64,000 nt of DNA from Candidatus Woesearchaeota archaeon (GCA_964358765.1 CAYHPN010000003.1:43327-107326), one strand, 5' to 3'; positions 49,206 to 58,070 are shown, counted from the stretch's first letter. Translations and numbers: made by a program. Notes: generated by a model not told the origin, from the letters alone.

Positions 49206-50621
49206 ATGAAGTCTCTTAAAGAACATAGATATGATATCGAAAAGATAAAGAATAACATTAAAGCAAATAGAAAGGATAATAGAAAATTGCGGTTCGATCA
49301 TGGAAGCACCAACGCTACAAGGAAAAAAGTTACAGAAAAATACCATACTATTAACATTTCAAATTTAAACAAGATAATTGAGATCAATCCCAATAATAAA
49401 GAAATTACCCTTGAGCCAGGAGTAAAAATGTTTGAATTAGTTGAAGAATGTTTAAAATTCGGCCTTATTCCTCCAGTAGTTCCAGAATTTAAAGAAATCA
49501 CAGCAGGCGGAGCAATTTTAGGAGGGGCATTAGAAAGTTCTTCATTTAAGTTCGGTCAATTCGGTGATAGTTGTATTGAGTTAGACATAATCGATGGAGA
49601 TGGAAATTTGATTAAAACATCAAAGTCGAAAAACTCAGATTTATTTTATGGCATACAAGGGTCCTATGGAAGTTTAGGTTTGCTTACATTAATAAAATTA
49701 AAATTAATAGAAACAAAACCTTATGTAAAATTAGAAATTTGTACATGCACAGATTTGCAATCATCGTTAATGTTAATAAAAGAAAAAACATTCTCTAATT
49801 CCGACTTTATCGATGGCATAATATATAAAAATAAAATTGTAGTTTTGACTGGCACATTTTCACAAAATGCTCTTTCGTCGCTTGCATTCTCAAAAAGATT
49901 TGATGAATGGTTCTACAAGTATATTGATAAAAAATCAAATCTAACTAAAAATGAAATCGCCTATATTCCAATCAAAGAATACCTATTTAGATACGACCGC
50001 GGGGCATTTTGGATGGGAGATTATGCATTTAAAATCCTAAAAATGCCCTTGTTTAATTCTAGAATATGCAGAGGAGTATTCAATCATTACTTCACAACCA
50101 AAGAATTATACTCTGCATTACATCTTTCAAATTATTTTCAAGAATTTTTTATCCAAGACATTTATTTTCCTTTTGACAATGCAATCAATTATCTTAAATG
50201 GAATAAGAATAAATTAAATATCTATCCAATTTGGTTATGCCCAATAAAGGCTGTAAAAAATCCACAGAAACTTTCTCCCCATTATATCAAAGATACATTA
50301 TTATTAAATATAGGAATTTGGGGTCAATCTAAAGTTTTTCTTACAGATTACCTTTTGATCAATAAAAATATTGAAAAATTAGCCTCTCAAAATAAAGCAA
50401 GAAAAATGCTCTACTCACAACAATATTACACGCCCTCTGATTTCTGGAAAATCTACTCTAAAAAATGGTACGATAATCTAAGAAAAAAATATCATATGAC
50501 TATATTTCCAGATATTTATGAAAAAACATTTGTTTCTGAAAAATATAATCCTAATATATTCAAAGGTTTTCTCAATTATCATAAGTTAAAATTAAAGAAA
50601 TTCATTTCTAATTTTACATAG
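49206..50621 (+). CDS. FAD-binding VAO/PCMH-family oxidoreductase, Delta24-sterol reductase (DHCR24)-like
   Basis: PPVVPEF..ITAGG..G..ESSSFKFG.F, GSYGSLG, YLFRYDRGAFW, PIWLCP, FPDIYEK. Confidence 0.78.
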   Translation: MKSLKEHRYDIEKIKNNIKANRKDNRKLRFDHGSTNATRKKVTEKYHTINISNLNKIIEINPNNKEITLEPGVKMFELVEECLKFGLIPPVVPEFKEITAGGAILGGALESSSFKFGQFGDSCIELDIIDGDGNLIKTSKSKNSDLFYGIQGSYGSLGLLTLIKLKLIETKPYVKLEICTCTDLQSSLMLIKEKTFSNSDFIDGIIYKNKIVVLTGTFSQNALSSLAFSKRFDEWFYKYIDKKSNLTKNEIAYIPIKEYLFRYDRGAFWMGDYAFKILKMPLFNSRICRGVFNHYFTTKELYSALHLSNYFQEFFIQDIYFPFDNAINYLKWNKNKLNIYPIWLCPIKAVKNPQKLSPHYIKDTLLLNIGIWGQSKVFLTDYLLINKNIEKLASQNKARKMLYSQQYYTPSDFWKIYSKKWYDNLRKKYHMTIFPDIYEKTFVSEKYNPNIFKGFLNYHKLKLKKFISNFT

Positions 50622-50646
50622 TAAACTTCTTAACTAATAAAATTTA

Positions 50647-50771
50647 ATGCCCTGCGGGCAGTTCTATTATTGTAATTCATTCGGAAGTAAATTCCTCATG
50701 AATTCTATTTTGGCTAAATTTACTTTAGACAAAATAACTTCCTTCTCATAAAGTTTTTATACTTTATATAC
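50647..50771 (-). mobile_element. Family 1 structured dispersed element, copy E (diverged)
   Basis: ATGCCCTGCGGGCA end hairpin; TATTTTGGCTAAA-TTTAC-TTTAGACAAAATA stem; perfect 9-bp flanking direct repeat TAAAATTTA (50638-50646, 50772-50780). Confidence 0.72.
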
Positions 50772-50832
50772 TAAAATTTAATTGCTTTTCGTTTTGTCTT
50801 TGCAAAGTTTCAAAATATGAAGCATATATAAT

Positions 50833-50946
50833 TTACATTGTAAATTTCTTAACTAATAAAGTTAAACCGTATATTGCTACACCAAGAAAAATTATCCATA
50901 ATAATATCTTAATCATAAACTCCATTTCAAATGCTTTTTTATTCAT
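50833..50946 (-). CDS. Minimal 37-aa pilin-like peptide; not in ORF track
   Basis: MNKKA|FEMEFMIKILLWIIFLGVAIYGLTLLVKKFTM*; start overlaps the upstream stop. Confidence 0.7.
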   Translation of the reverse strand: MNKKAFEMEFMIKILLWIIFLGVAIYGLTLLVKKFTM

Positions 50947-51809
50947 TAATGCACCTCAACAGGACATTTATAATTTAGATCATTAGATTCAGTAGGTTTT
51001 GCTAAATCGACTTTTAATTTATCAGGTTTGTAAAAAATCACGCAATACCTTTTAGTTTCTCTCTCTTTTCCATCCTCTTGATATGTTAAAGAAATTGGTT
51101 CATCTGCCATTGACGATCTCCATTTCTGTGCAATGGCATTAAAAGTATTTATTAAGTCTCTATTACTTACCTTCTCATATTTATCTTCAGGAACAATTTT
51201 GTCTCCGTCTATAATTTTAGTCTTTAATATTTCTACTTGGCCATTAACTAAAACTTTTACAATCCCTCCTATAGCTTTAGAAACACAATCTTTAGAATCT
51301 TCTTTTACAAGTTTAATTATAACATCATTATTTTTATTAGGTTCTGTAGTAGAAATAAGAGGTACACATGCTTTAACATCGGGAATCTGTGGACACGCTG
51401 CACTTTTAGAACAAGGATCATATAACATTTCTATTGTCTTTGGGTGTAATGTTTCAAAGGATTCACTTTTTAATTTATTATTGTAAAACCAATCGTCTTC
51501 AAATTCCTTCTTCAAAAGTTTCTGATCTAAATTTTTCTTCCCAACTTTAGCCTCACCTTTTGCATTAAAATCATAAAAATTGTTCCCATCGTACCACTGA
51601 ACTTTTTTAGCAGTTAAATCATATCGTATAATTTCAATACCTTCTGCAAGAGGTTTAGTCATATTATATCCAGGAAGCAATATTTTTATTTTATCTATTA
51701 TAGTGTTGCCAAATATAAGTATAACGCCTAATGCAACTATAATTAATACAGTTACTGCCTTTCCTATATTTACTCCTTCATCTGCGGTTTGAGAGGCTTT
51801 TCTATTCAT
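50946..51809 (-). CDS. Pilin-like surface protein
   Basis: MNRKA|SQ... then TM; Cys pairs. Confidence 0.68.
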   Translation of the reverse strand: MNRKASQTADEGVNIGKAVTVLIIVALGVILIFGNTIIDKIKILLPGYNMTKPLAEGIEIIRYDLTAKKVQWYDGNNFYDFNAKGEAKVGKKNLDQKLLKKEFEDDWFYNNKLKSESFETLHPKTIEMLYDPCSKSAACPQIPDVKACVPLISTTEPNKNNDVIIKLVKEDSKDCVSKAIGGIVKVLVNGQVEILKTKIIDGDKIVPEDKYEKVSNRDLINTFNAIAQKWRSSMADEPISLTYQEDGKERETKRYCVIFYKPDKLKVDLAKPTESNDLNYKCPVEVH

Positions 51810-51976
51810 TTTCCAAATATCTTCAGATTTTTTAAAAATGCTGCCGCAGAGTTCATCTTCCCGCTAATAACTAAATATACTATCATTCCCAAAACCAGTA
51901 CTGCTATTCCAATGATCCATGGAATAAGATTATCCCAAACTAGTTGTCCTTTATTTCTTTTTTTTATGTTCATCAT
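51806..51976 (-). CDS. Minimal 56-aa pilin-like peptide; not in ORF track
   Basis: KKRNKG|QLVWDNLIPWIIGIAVLVL...FGK*; ATGA overlap with the next gene. Confidence 0.75.
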   Translation of the reverse strand: MMNIKKRNKGQLVWDNLIPWIIGIAVLVLGMIVYLVISGKMNSAAAFLKNLKIFGK

Positions 51977-52053
51977 TGTTTTATATAAATTTCATTTATG
52001 AATTTTAAATTATCCCAAACTAGCTGCCCCTTTCTCCCTACCCTTTTTTTCAT
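51973..52053 (-). pseudogene. Truncated duplicate of the pilin 5' end (26 codons)
   Basis: MKKRVGRKGQLVWDNLKFINEIYIKQ*; shares CTAGTTTGGGATAAT with 51806-51976. Confidence 0.55.
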
Positions 52054-52162
52054 AAATTAAAAAAGAATAAGGAGTATAAAAATACTTTGTAATTTTACTC
52101 TCTTAATCTAAAACGTACAATTTATAACATCTTTTTTCCTATATTAATTGACAAAAAAGAGA

Positions 52163-54385
52163 ATGGCAAACGAAAACTATAATCCGGATTATAATGGCCC
52201 TAGCTTTGGCTTTAACAATCAAGGAAATAACAATGCTTCTTCGATCATAAAAAAATATTCTCAAAAGTTAAATTCTCAGTTGAATTATAACTCTCAAAAT
52301 AATGCAGGCTATTCTAAAGAATATTCTCAGTTTAAAATTGAAATGGCTCCAGATCTTTCTAGATATGAAAAATGGGCAAAGTCTCTTGGCAATGTCCTCA
52401 ATCTAAAGATTGCAGAAAAAGACCGCATTAAAATGCAAAGGTATTTAGATATCGCTCATCTCGATGTTACTGCTTCTCAATCTCTAACCCTGGCAGTAAT
52501 GGCAACTTTTGCAGTATTTTTCGTAACAATTATGTTAGTTGTCGGAATTTATTTAATAAATGATAGTCTTCAACTTCTCTTAGGTTTTCTTGGAATCATT
52601 GCAAGTCTTTTTATCTTTTATTATACATATGGCATGCCTCAAAGGCTTTCAAATTCTTGGAGACTTTCTGCTTCCGCTCAAATGGTTCCTGCAATTTTGT
52701 ATGTTGTAGTTTATATGAAACATACTTCTAACCTAGAAAGAGCAATTCAGTTTGCTTCTCAGCATCTAGAAGGACCTTTAGCCTTAGACTTTAGAAAAAT
52801 ATTTTATGACGTTGAAATTGGAAAATTCTCAACAATCAAGCAATCTTTAGAGAATTATTTAGAAGAGTGGAGAGATTATTCCCCTGAATTTATAGAAAGT
52901 TTCCATTTGATTGAATCTTCCTTATTTGAACCAAGTGAGATTAGAAGAGTAGAAATATTAGAAAAATCATTGCAAGTTATTCTTGATGGCGTCTATGAAA
53001 AGATGCTGAAATACTCAAGAGAAATACGTTCTCCACTAACCAACCTTTATATGTTGGGAATTATTTTACCAACTCTTGGTTTAGCTCTTTTGCCCTTAGC
53101 TTCTACACTTTTAGCCGGAGCTTTCAAATGGCCCCATGTCATTATTTTATTTAATGTCATAATCCCTTTCTTTGTTTTTTATATGGTTTCAGAAGTTCTC
53201 TTAAAGCGTCCAGGAGGTTATGGTGAAACTTCTGCACTCCAGTTAAACCCAAATTATCAAAGTTATAAATCAAATAAACCTTACTTCAAAGCAGCTTTAA
53301 TTGCTTTCCCTATTTTATTAATTGGTTTGCTTCCCTTGTTGCTGCAAATAAATTATTCAGTTATAGGCCTAAATATTCCTCATGATTTTAAGATGGAAAA
53401 AATAGGTCTTGGATTTTTCGGAGATGTAAATGCTTTTGATTTTAAGCCAATTCCAGATGGTAATGGTAAAAGAATTGGACCCCTAGGCCCATTAGCCTTA
53501 GTTCTGAGCATGTTCATCCCATTATCTATTGCTGTATTTTTCTCATTTACATATTCTCAAAAAACTAAAAAATTAATAAGCACTAGAAAAGACACCAAAG
53601 TTTTAGAAACGGAATTTACTAATTCTCTCTTTCAATTAGGGAACAGATTAGGAGATGGTATTCCAGCTGAAATAGCTTTTGGTAGAGTTGCCGATTCTAC
53701 AACCGGGCAGAAAAGTTCTGAATTTTTCTTAGTAGTAAGTAAAAATATACAGCAAGGAGGCATGGATGTAGAAAACGCCGTATTTGATCAAAAAAGAGGA
53801 GCAATTACTTATTTCCCATCCGCTTTAATTGCCACCTCTATGAGAATTCTAGTAGAAAGCGTAAAAAAAGGTTTAACTGTTGCAGCACGATCATTAATGT
53901 CGATTTCAGAATATGTAAAAAACATAGAAAAAATTAATCAGCGTCTGCGTGATCTCTTAGCAGAAATAGTTTCCGATATGAAATCAAATATGACTTTCTT
54001 AGCACCTTTACTTGCAGGCATTGTTGTAGGTTTATCCGGAATGATAACATTTATACTTAACAAATTAGGAGAACTAAATTTAGGTGAAGGAAGTTCTCAG
54101 CTAGGCGGATTTGATATAAATACTCTTTCAAGTTTTCTGGATTCAACAAATATGATTCCTCCTTATTTTATACAAATTGCTATAGGGGTCTATATTATAG
54201 AAATTATCTTCATTTTAACTGGAGCTTTAATAACTGTTGATGCCGGGAAAGATCCTCTTAGGGAAAAATATGAATTAGCCAAAAACTTAAGAAGAGGTAT
54301 GTTCCTTTACCTAATTACGGCATTCATTTCAACTCTTGCTTTAAGCATACTAGCAGGTTTTGCACTATCAAATCTTGGGCAATGA
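52163..54385 (+). CDS. Type IV pilus/archaellum-type membrane platform protein (TadC/FlaJ-like, two T2SSF units)
   Basis: Multi-TM; SNLERAIQFA..L.GPLA.DF and LFQLGNRLGDGIPAEIAF repeats. Confidence 0.8.
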   Translation: MANENYNPDYNGPSFGFNNQGNNNASSIIKKYSQKLNSQLNYNSQNNAGYSKEYSQFKIEMAPDLSRYEKWAKSLGNVLNLKIAEKDRIKMQRYLDIAHLDVTASQSLTLAVMATFAVFFVTIMLVVGIYLINDSLQLLLGFLGIIASLFIFYYTYGMPQRLSNSWRLSASAQMVPAILYVVVYMKHTSNLERAIQFASQHLEGPLALDFRKIFYDVEIGKFSTIKQSLENYLEEWRDYSPEFIESFHLIESSLFEPSEIRRVEILEKSLQVILDGVYEKMLKYSREIRSPLTNLYMLGIILPTLGLALLPLASTLLAGAFKWPHVIILFNVIIPFFVFYMVSEVLLKRPGGYGETSALQLNPNYQSYKSNKPYFKAALIAFPILLIGLLPLLLQINYSVIGLNIPHDFKMEKIGLGFFGDVNAFDFKPIPDGNGKRIGPLGPLALVLSMFIPLSIAVFFSFTYSQKTKKLISTRKDTKVLETEFTNSLFQLGNRLGDGIPAEIAFGRVADSTTGQKSSEFFLVVSKNIQQGGMDVENAVFDQKRGAITYFPSALIATSMRILVESVKKGLTVAARSLMSISEYVKNIEKINQRLRDLLAEIVSDMKSNMTFLAPLLAGIVVGLSGMITFILNKLGELNLGEGSSQLGGFDINTLSSFLDSTNMIPPYFIQIAIGVYIIEIIFILTGALITVDAGKDPLREKYELAKNLRRGMFLYLITAFISTLALSILAGFALSNLGQ

Positions 54386-54419
54386 AAAGCAATATATAAT
54401 CTATTTTTCTAATATTAAC

Positions 54420-55196
54420 ATGGCATTAAATTTTATTTCAGAAAATAAAGAAAAATATCTGGAAATTAAAGAAATAATTCCTCAAATAAAAATGATTTCT
54501 CTCCAGCTTCCAGAGATTCAGGAAATAGACCCAAAAGCCATAATAGAGGGAAAATTAAAGTTCGCTATGAAAAAACAAAAGGGTGAACTTTTCTGTGAAG
54601 ATACTTCTCTTTATATCAACTGTTTAAATGGTTTTCCAGGTCCTCTAATCAAGTGGATTCTCAAATCTCTCACCGATAAAGGATTAGCAGAATTAGTCTT
54701 AAAATAATGCCCTTCAGGCAGGGTGCAGATGCACATTTAGTAATTTAGTCAAAAGGCAAGTGTTGCCTAAATTCTTATTTTGGGCAAATTTACTTTGAAC
54801 AAAATAACTATATTTCCAATGGAAATTATTTTCGTTATAATTTACATTAGATTGAAATATAAAGATCATTCAGTAATTGCTAAAACAGTAATAGGATATA
54901 CTGATGGAAAAGAAATAAAATATTTCCAAGGTTCTATAGCTGGAAAGATTGTTTTACCTAAAGGAAATAACGGATTTGGCTGGGATAAAATATTCCTTCC
55001 ATTAAACTCAAATAAAACTTTTGGAGAAATGACTTCCTCTGAAAAGAATAAAATAAGTATGAGAAAAATAGCTGCACTAAACCTAAAAGATTATTTAAAT
55101 TCAACCGCCACTTCTTCTCAAGGTTATATAATTATTAATTATCAACCCTACAATCAAAACAGAAACAATATGTCCAGTAAATGCAGCAATAATTGA
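54420..55196 (+). pseudogene. rdgB: Non-canonical purine NTP pyrophosphatase (RdgB/HAM1/ITPase) interrupted by a family 1 element
   Basis: N-half N.EK..E, EIQ, EDTSL...LNGFPGP; C-half GFGWDKIF, TFGEM, KNKISMR; both halves in one frame separated by 153 bp. Confidence 0.88.
54707..54851 (-). mobile_element. Family 1 structured dispersed element, copy C (intragenic)
   Basis: Reverse-complement homolog of copies A/B; flanked by TTAAAATA (54699-54706) and TTGAAATA (54852-54859). Confidence 0.9.
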
Positions 55197-55709
55197 AACT
55201 AGCCTAGCCGCGCCCATTGGACAGATATCTCCATATCCTACAGTAAAAAAAGTAACTGCACTAAAATAGAAGAAATCTCTTGAAATTAAGTTATCTGTTC
55301 CTATCATTTGATTATTAAAATCGCTTGTACATCCACCATACCTTATATATCCTCTTCCAGTTAATTCTACGATATTAAAGACCGTAGCAAAAATAAATAA
55401 AATCCCAAATAAGAATAATGCATACGCTCCAATTAAAGACAAGAGATTTTTGGGTTTTAATAAATGATCAATAAACCCTTTGACCATATAGCCCATAACA
55501 ATAATAAAATAAATAGCAATTAATATTTCTATAAATACTATTGGCAATCTTACTTTGTAAATTTTAGGATAATATTTTAATATATTTGAGAGTACTACAT
55601 AAACTAAAATTAATAAAACAAATTTGGTTAACGGTCTATTAAAAAGTATTCTCCTCATACCATGAATTTCTTTCCCTCTTTTAATTATAGCCTTCACTCT
55701 CTTTTTCAT
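55101..55709 (-). CDS. Potassium channel pore protein
   Basis: FYFSAVTFFTVGYGD selectivity filter. Confidence 0.88.
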   Translation of the reverse strand: MKKRVKAIIKRGKEIHGMRRILFNRPLTKFVLLILVYVVLSNILKYYPKIYKVRLPIVFIEILIAIYFIIVMGYMVKGFIDHLLKPKNLLSLIGAYALFLFGILFIFATVFNIVELTGRGYIRYGGCTSDFNNQMIGTDNLISRDFFYFSAVTFFTVGYGDICPMGAARLVSIIAAFTGHIVSVLIVGLIINNYITLRRSGG

Positions 55710-55783
55710 AAATAATTTAAGATTTTCTTGTTTAAAAGTCTTCTGAAAAGATGTATCTGCAAAGTCTCGCAAAACTCTAGTAA

Positions 55784-57517
55784 TTACCCAGATTCTTTAT
55801 TCTCATCTTCATCTTTAGTGTCCTCATCGGCATCTGTTTCATTATCATTATCCAAATCATCATCTGTTTTTTCATCGTCATCAGTTTTTGTTTCTTTTTG
55901 TTCAAATTTTTTTAGTGCTGATTCTACTTCTAAAACGGTCACTCCTAATCTTGCTGCAACTTCTGATAAAATAACCGCCTTATCTCCTGATTCTATCCTC
56001 GATGAATCCTTCACCCCTTCCCATTCGTATTTTACATCTGCAATAGTTTTACCATCTTTTTCTTTAACTTTTATCTCAACCTTCCTTTCCTTATTCTCTT
56101 CAAGGTCATTTTCTTCCTCGATTCTGGCTACTATTCGTAATTGATCTATTGTTAAAGCATTTGTTTGTTCAACAATATCAGCATAAATTTCTTCAGAAGT
56201 AATTCCACTTATAAATCTTAATTTAAATTTAATTTCAGCTCTTGTTTCTCCATTCTCTTTTCGTTCTAGATCAATTTTTACCCTCAATCTTTCCTTGCTT
56301 ATAAACTCTTCCTCGCTTCCATCATCTGTTTCATTTTCATCAGAATCATCATCTTCTGCATCTTCATCTAATTCATCAGAATCATCCTCTGTTTCATCCT
56401 CCTCCCGTTCGTCAGAATCCTCATCTTCTGCATCTTCATCTAATTCATCAGAATCCCCATCTTCGTTTTCTGTATCATTATTGTCTGAATCGTCATCAGC
56501 ACTATCTTCATCGTCATTGTTTGATGATCCAGTCGCTTGACCAGTAATTAAAGAATTATCTGAATTTTCTTCAGATCCATCTTCATCTAATTCATCAGAA
56601 TCTTCATCATTTGTTTCATTTTCATCCTGTTCGTCAGAATCATCATCTTCATTTTCATTCTCTAACTCATCAACCATCCCTGCAGACTCAGAATCATCTG
56701 CTCCTTCCTCAATCTTAGTTATCGTTTTTGCTTCATCTTGAGTAGTCGTTACTTGTGCTAGGGTTTTTTGCAGTAAGTCCTCAACTGTCAATAATGTTGA
56801 TGATTCTGTTTTTTCTTTAAAACTATATTCTACAGTTACTACAGAAACATTACCTATAATTTCTGCTTTTATTCGCTTATCTTCTCTTAATTCGTCCAGT
56901 TCATTTCTTATCTCTAACCTTGATCTACCTAGTTTTTCTTCAAATTTAATTAAAGATGTAGACTCTGCATCATCAATTTTCCCTTTTATGTTTTCTAACA
57001 CCCCCTCAACACCTAACAATTCTTGCAATACTAATCTTCTTTGTTCAAGAGTTAATTCTGAAAGTAAATCTTGTAATTGTGTCAGTTCCTCTTCTTGTAA
57101 AGAAAGAGTTTTCTCAACAGTTATAACATCTCTTAATATGTCTTCATCTTTTGCTTCATTTAATCGCTCTTCAATTCTAACTCTTACTTTCTCAAGAATT
57201 TTTTCATGTGATTCTTTAGCTTCTCTTATTTTTTCTTGTTTTCCTTTCTTACTCATTAATTTTATTTCTTCAAATCTTTCCTCAGCAATCCTTAAACCCG
57301 TAGTTTCCTTATCCTTGGAAAAAGTATATTTCAAATTATCCCAAGTCTTATCTAAACTATAAAACATACTTTCCGGTGTTGTTCCAGCCTCAATATCTTC
57401 AAACTCTGAATCTATTTCTTCAATACTTAAAGTAGAATCATCAATCTCCCCAGTAGCAAAAGGCATTACTAAAAAAAGAAAGATTATTACAAAATAGAAA
57501 TACTTCTTCAACCTCAT
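55784..57517 (-). CDS. Secreted highly acidic protein (DUF5667-like N-terminus, D/E repeats)
   Basis: Signal peptide MRLKKYFYF.., AGTTPESMFYSLD, repeated DSDELDED units. Confidence 0.75.
   Translation of the reverse strand: MRLKKYFYFVIIFLFLVMPFATGEIDDSTLSIEEIDSEFEDIEAGTTPESMFYSLDKTWDNLKYTFSKDKETTGLRIAEERFEEIKLMSKKGKQEKIREAKESHEKILEKVRVRIEERLNEAKDEDILRDVITVEKTLSLQEEELTQLQDLLSELTLEQRRLVLQELLGVEGVLENIKGKIDDAESTSLIKFEEKLGRSRLEIRNELDELREDKRIKAEIIGNVSVVTVEYSFKEKTESSTLLTVEDLLQKTLAQVTTTQDEAKTITKIEEGADDSESAGMVDELENENEDDDSDEQDENETNDEDSDELDEDGSEENSDNSLITGQATGSSNNDDEDSADDDSDNNDTENEDGDSDELDEDAEDEDSDEREEDETEDDSDELDEDAEDDDSDENETDDGSEEEFISKERLRVKIDLERKENGETRAEIKFKLRFISGITSEEIYADIVEQTNALTIDQLRIVARIEEENDLEENKERKVEIKVKEKDGKTIADVKYEWEGVKDSSRIESGDKAVILSEVAARLGVTVLEVESALKKFEQKETKTDDDEKTDDDLDNDNETDADEDTKDEDENKESG
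56330..56660 (-). repeat. Intragenic imperfect tandem repeats encoding the D/E-rich segment
   Basis: CATCTTCATCTAATTCATCAGAATC occurs three times (about 56359, 56431, 56578). Confidence 0.8.
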
Positions 57518-57639
57518 AAAAAAAGAATATCCAACCTCCTTTAAATATCTTCCGGCAATAGCAAATTTTAGACTTCTCTTTTTTTCCAAACCATTAAAAT
57601 TATGTAAGAAATTTTCATGTCATCTAAGCAATCAAGAAA

Positions 57640-57786
57640 ATGCCCTTTCAGAGCAAAGTGCTTACGCACATTTAGTAATTTAGTTCAAAAGTAAATTTTG
57701 AATAAATTCTTATTTTAGACGAATTAAATTCGTTTAAAATAGCTATATTTCCATGGGAAATTATTTTCATTATAATTTACTATATA
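57640..57786 (-). mobile_element. Family 1 structured dispersed element, copy D
   Basis: ATGCCC..GCA, GTGC-TTAC-GCAC, ATTTAGTAATTTA, TATTTTAGACGAA..TTCGTTTAAAATA, TTTCC-ATG-GGAAA, TATAATTTACTATATA. Confidence 0.85.
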
Positions 57787-58038
57787 TTATATAATATCTG
57801 TTAACAATTATTTGTAATAAATGGTATTCTCATTTACAACTGGAATATTGCTTAATTGTCTCAATGTGCTAAAGGATTTTATTGGCTCACCCATATTATT
57901 AATAAACTACATCTTTTGCAAAGGCTCAAAGTCTTAATATCTATAGTCAATTATAATAAAAATTAAGTTATTAACCTTAGTCAAGTTAGAAAAATTATTC
58001 TGTCGTAAGACGAATAGTTTTTCAGTCAAATTTCAAAA

Positions 58039-58070
58039 TCCATTCTCTTTTCGTTCTAGATCAATTTTTA
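58039..58070 (+). repeat. Exact 32-bp duplicate of coding sequence 56249-56280, flanked by hairpins
   Basis: TCCATTCTCTTTTCGTTCTAGATCAATTTTTA present at both loci. Confidence 0.9.

Noticed and set aside
54690..54872. Bulge-helix-bulge (EndA-spliced) intron in rdgB
   Set aside because: TAATG/CATTA can pair, but I found no 4-bp central helix with 3-nt bulges, and the implied cuts would remove 152 nt rather than 153; relaxed motifs are not excluded
55728..57362. Ser-rich + strand ORFs (55728, 56295, 56988)
   Set aside because: Antisense shadows of the D/E-rich gene
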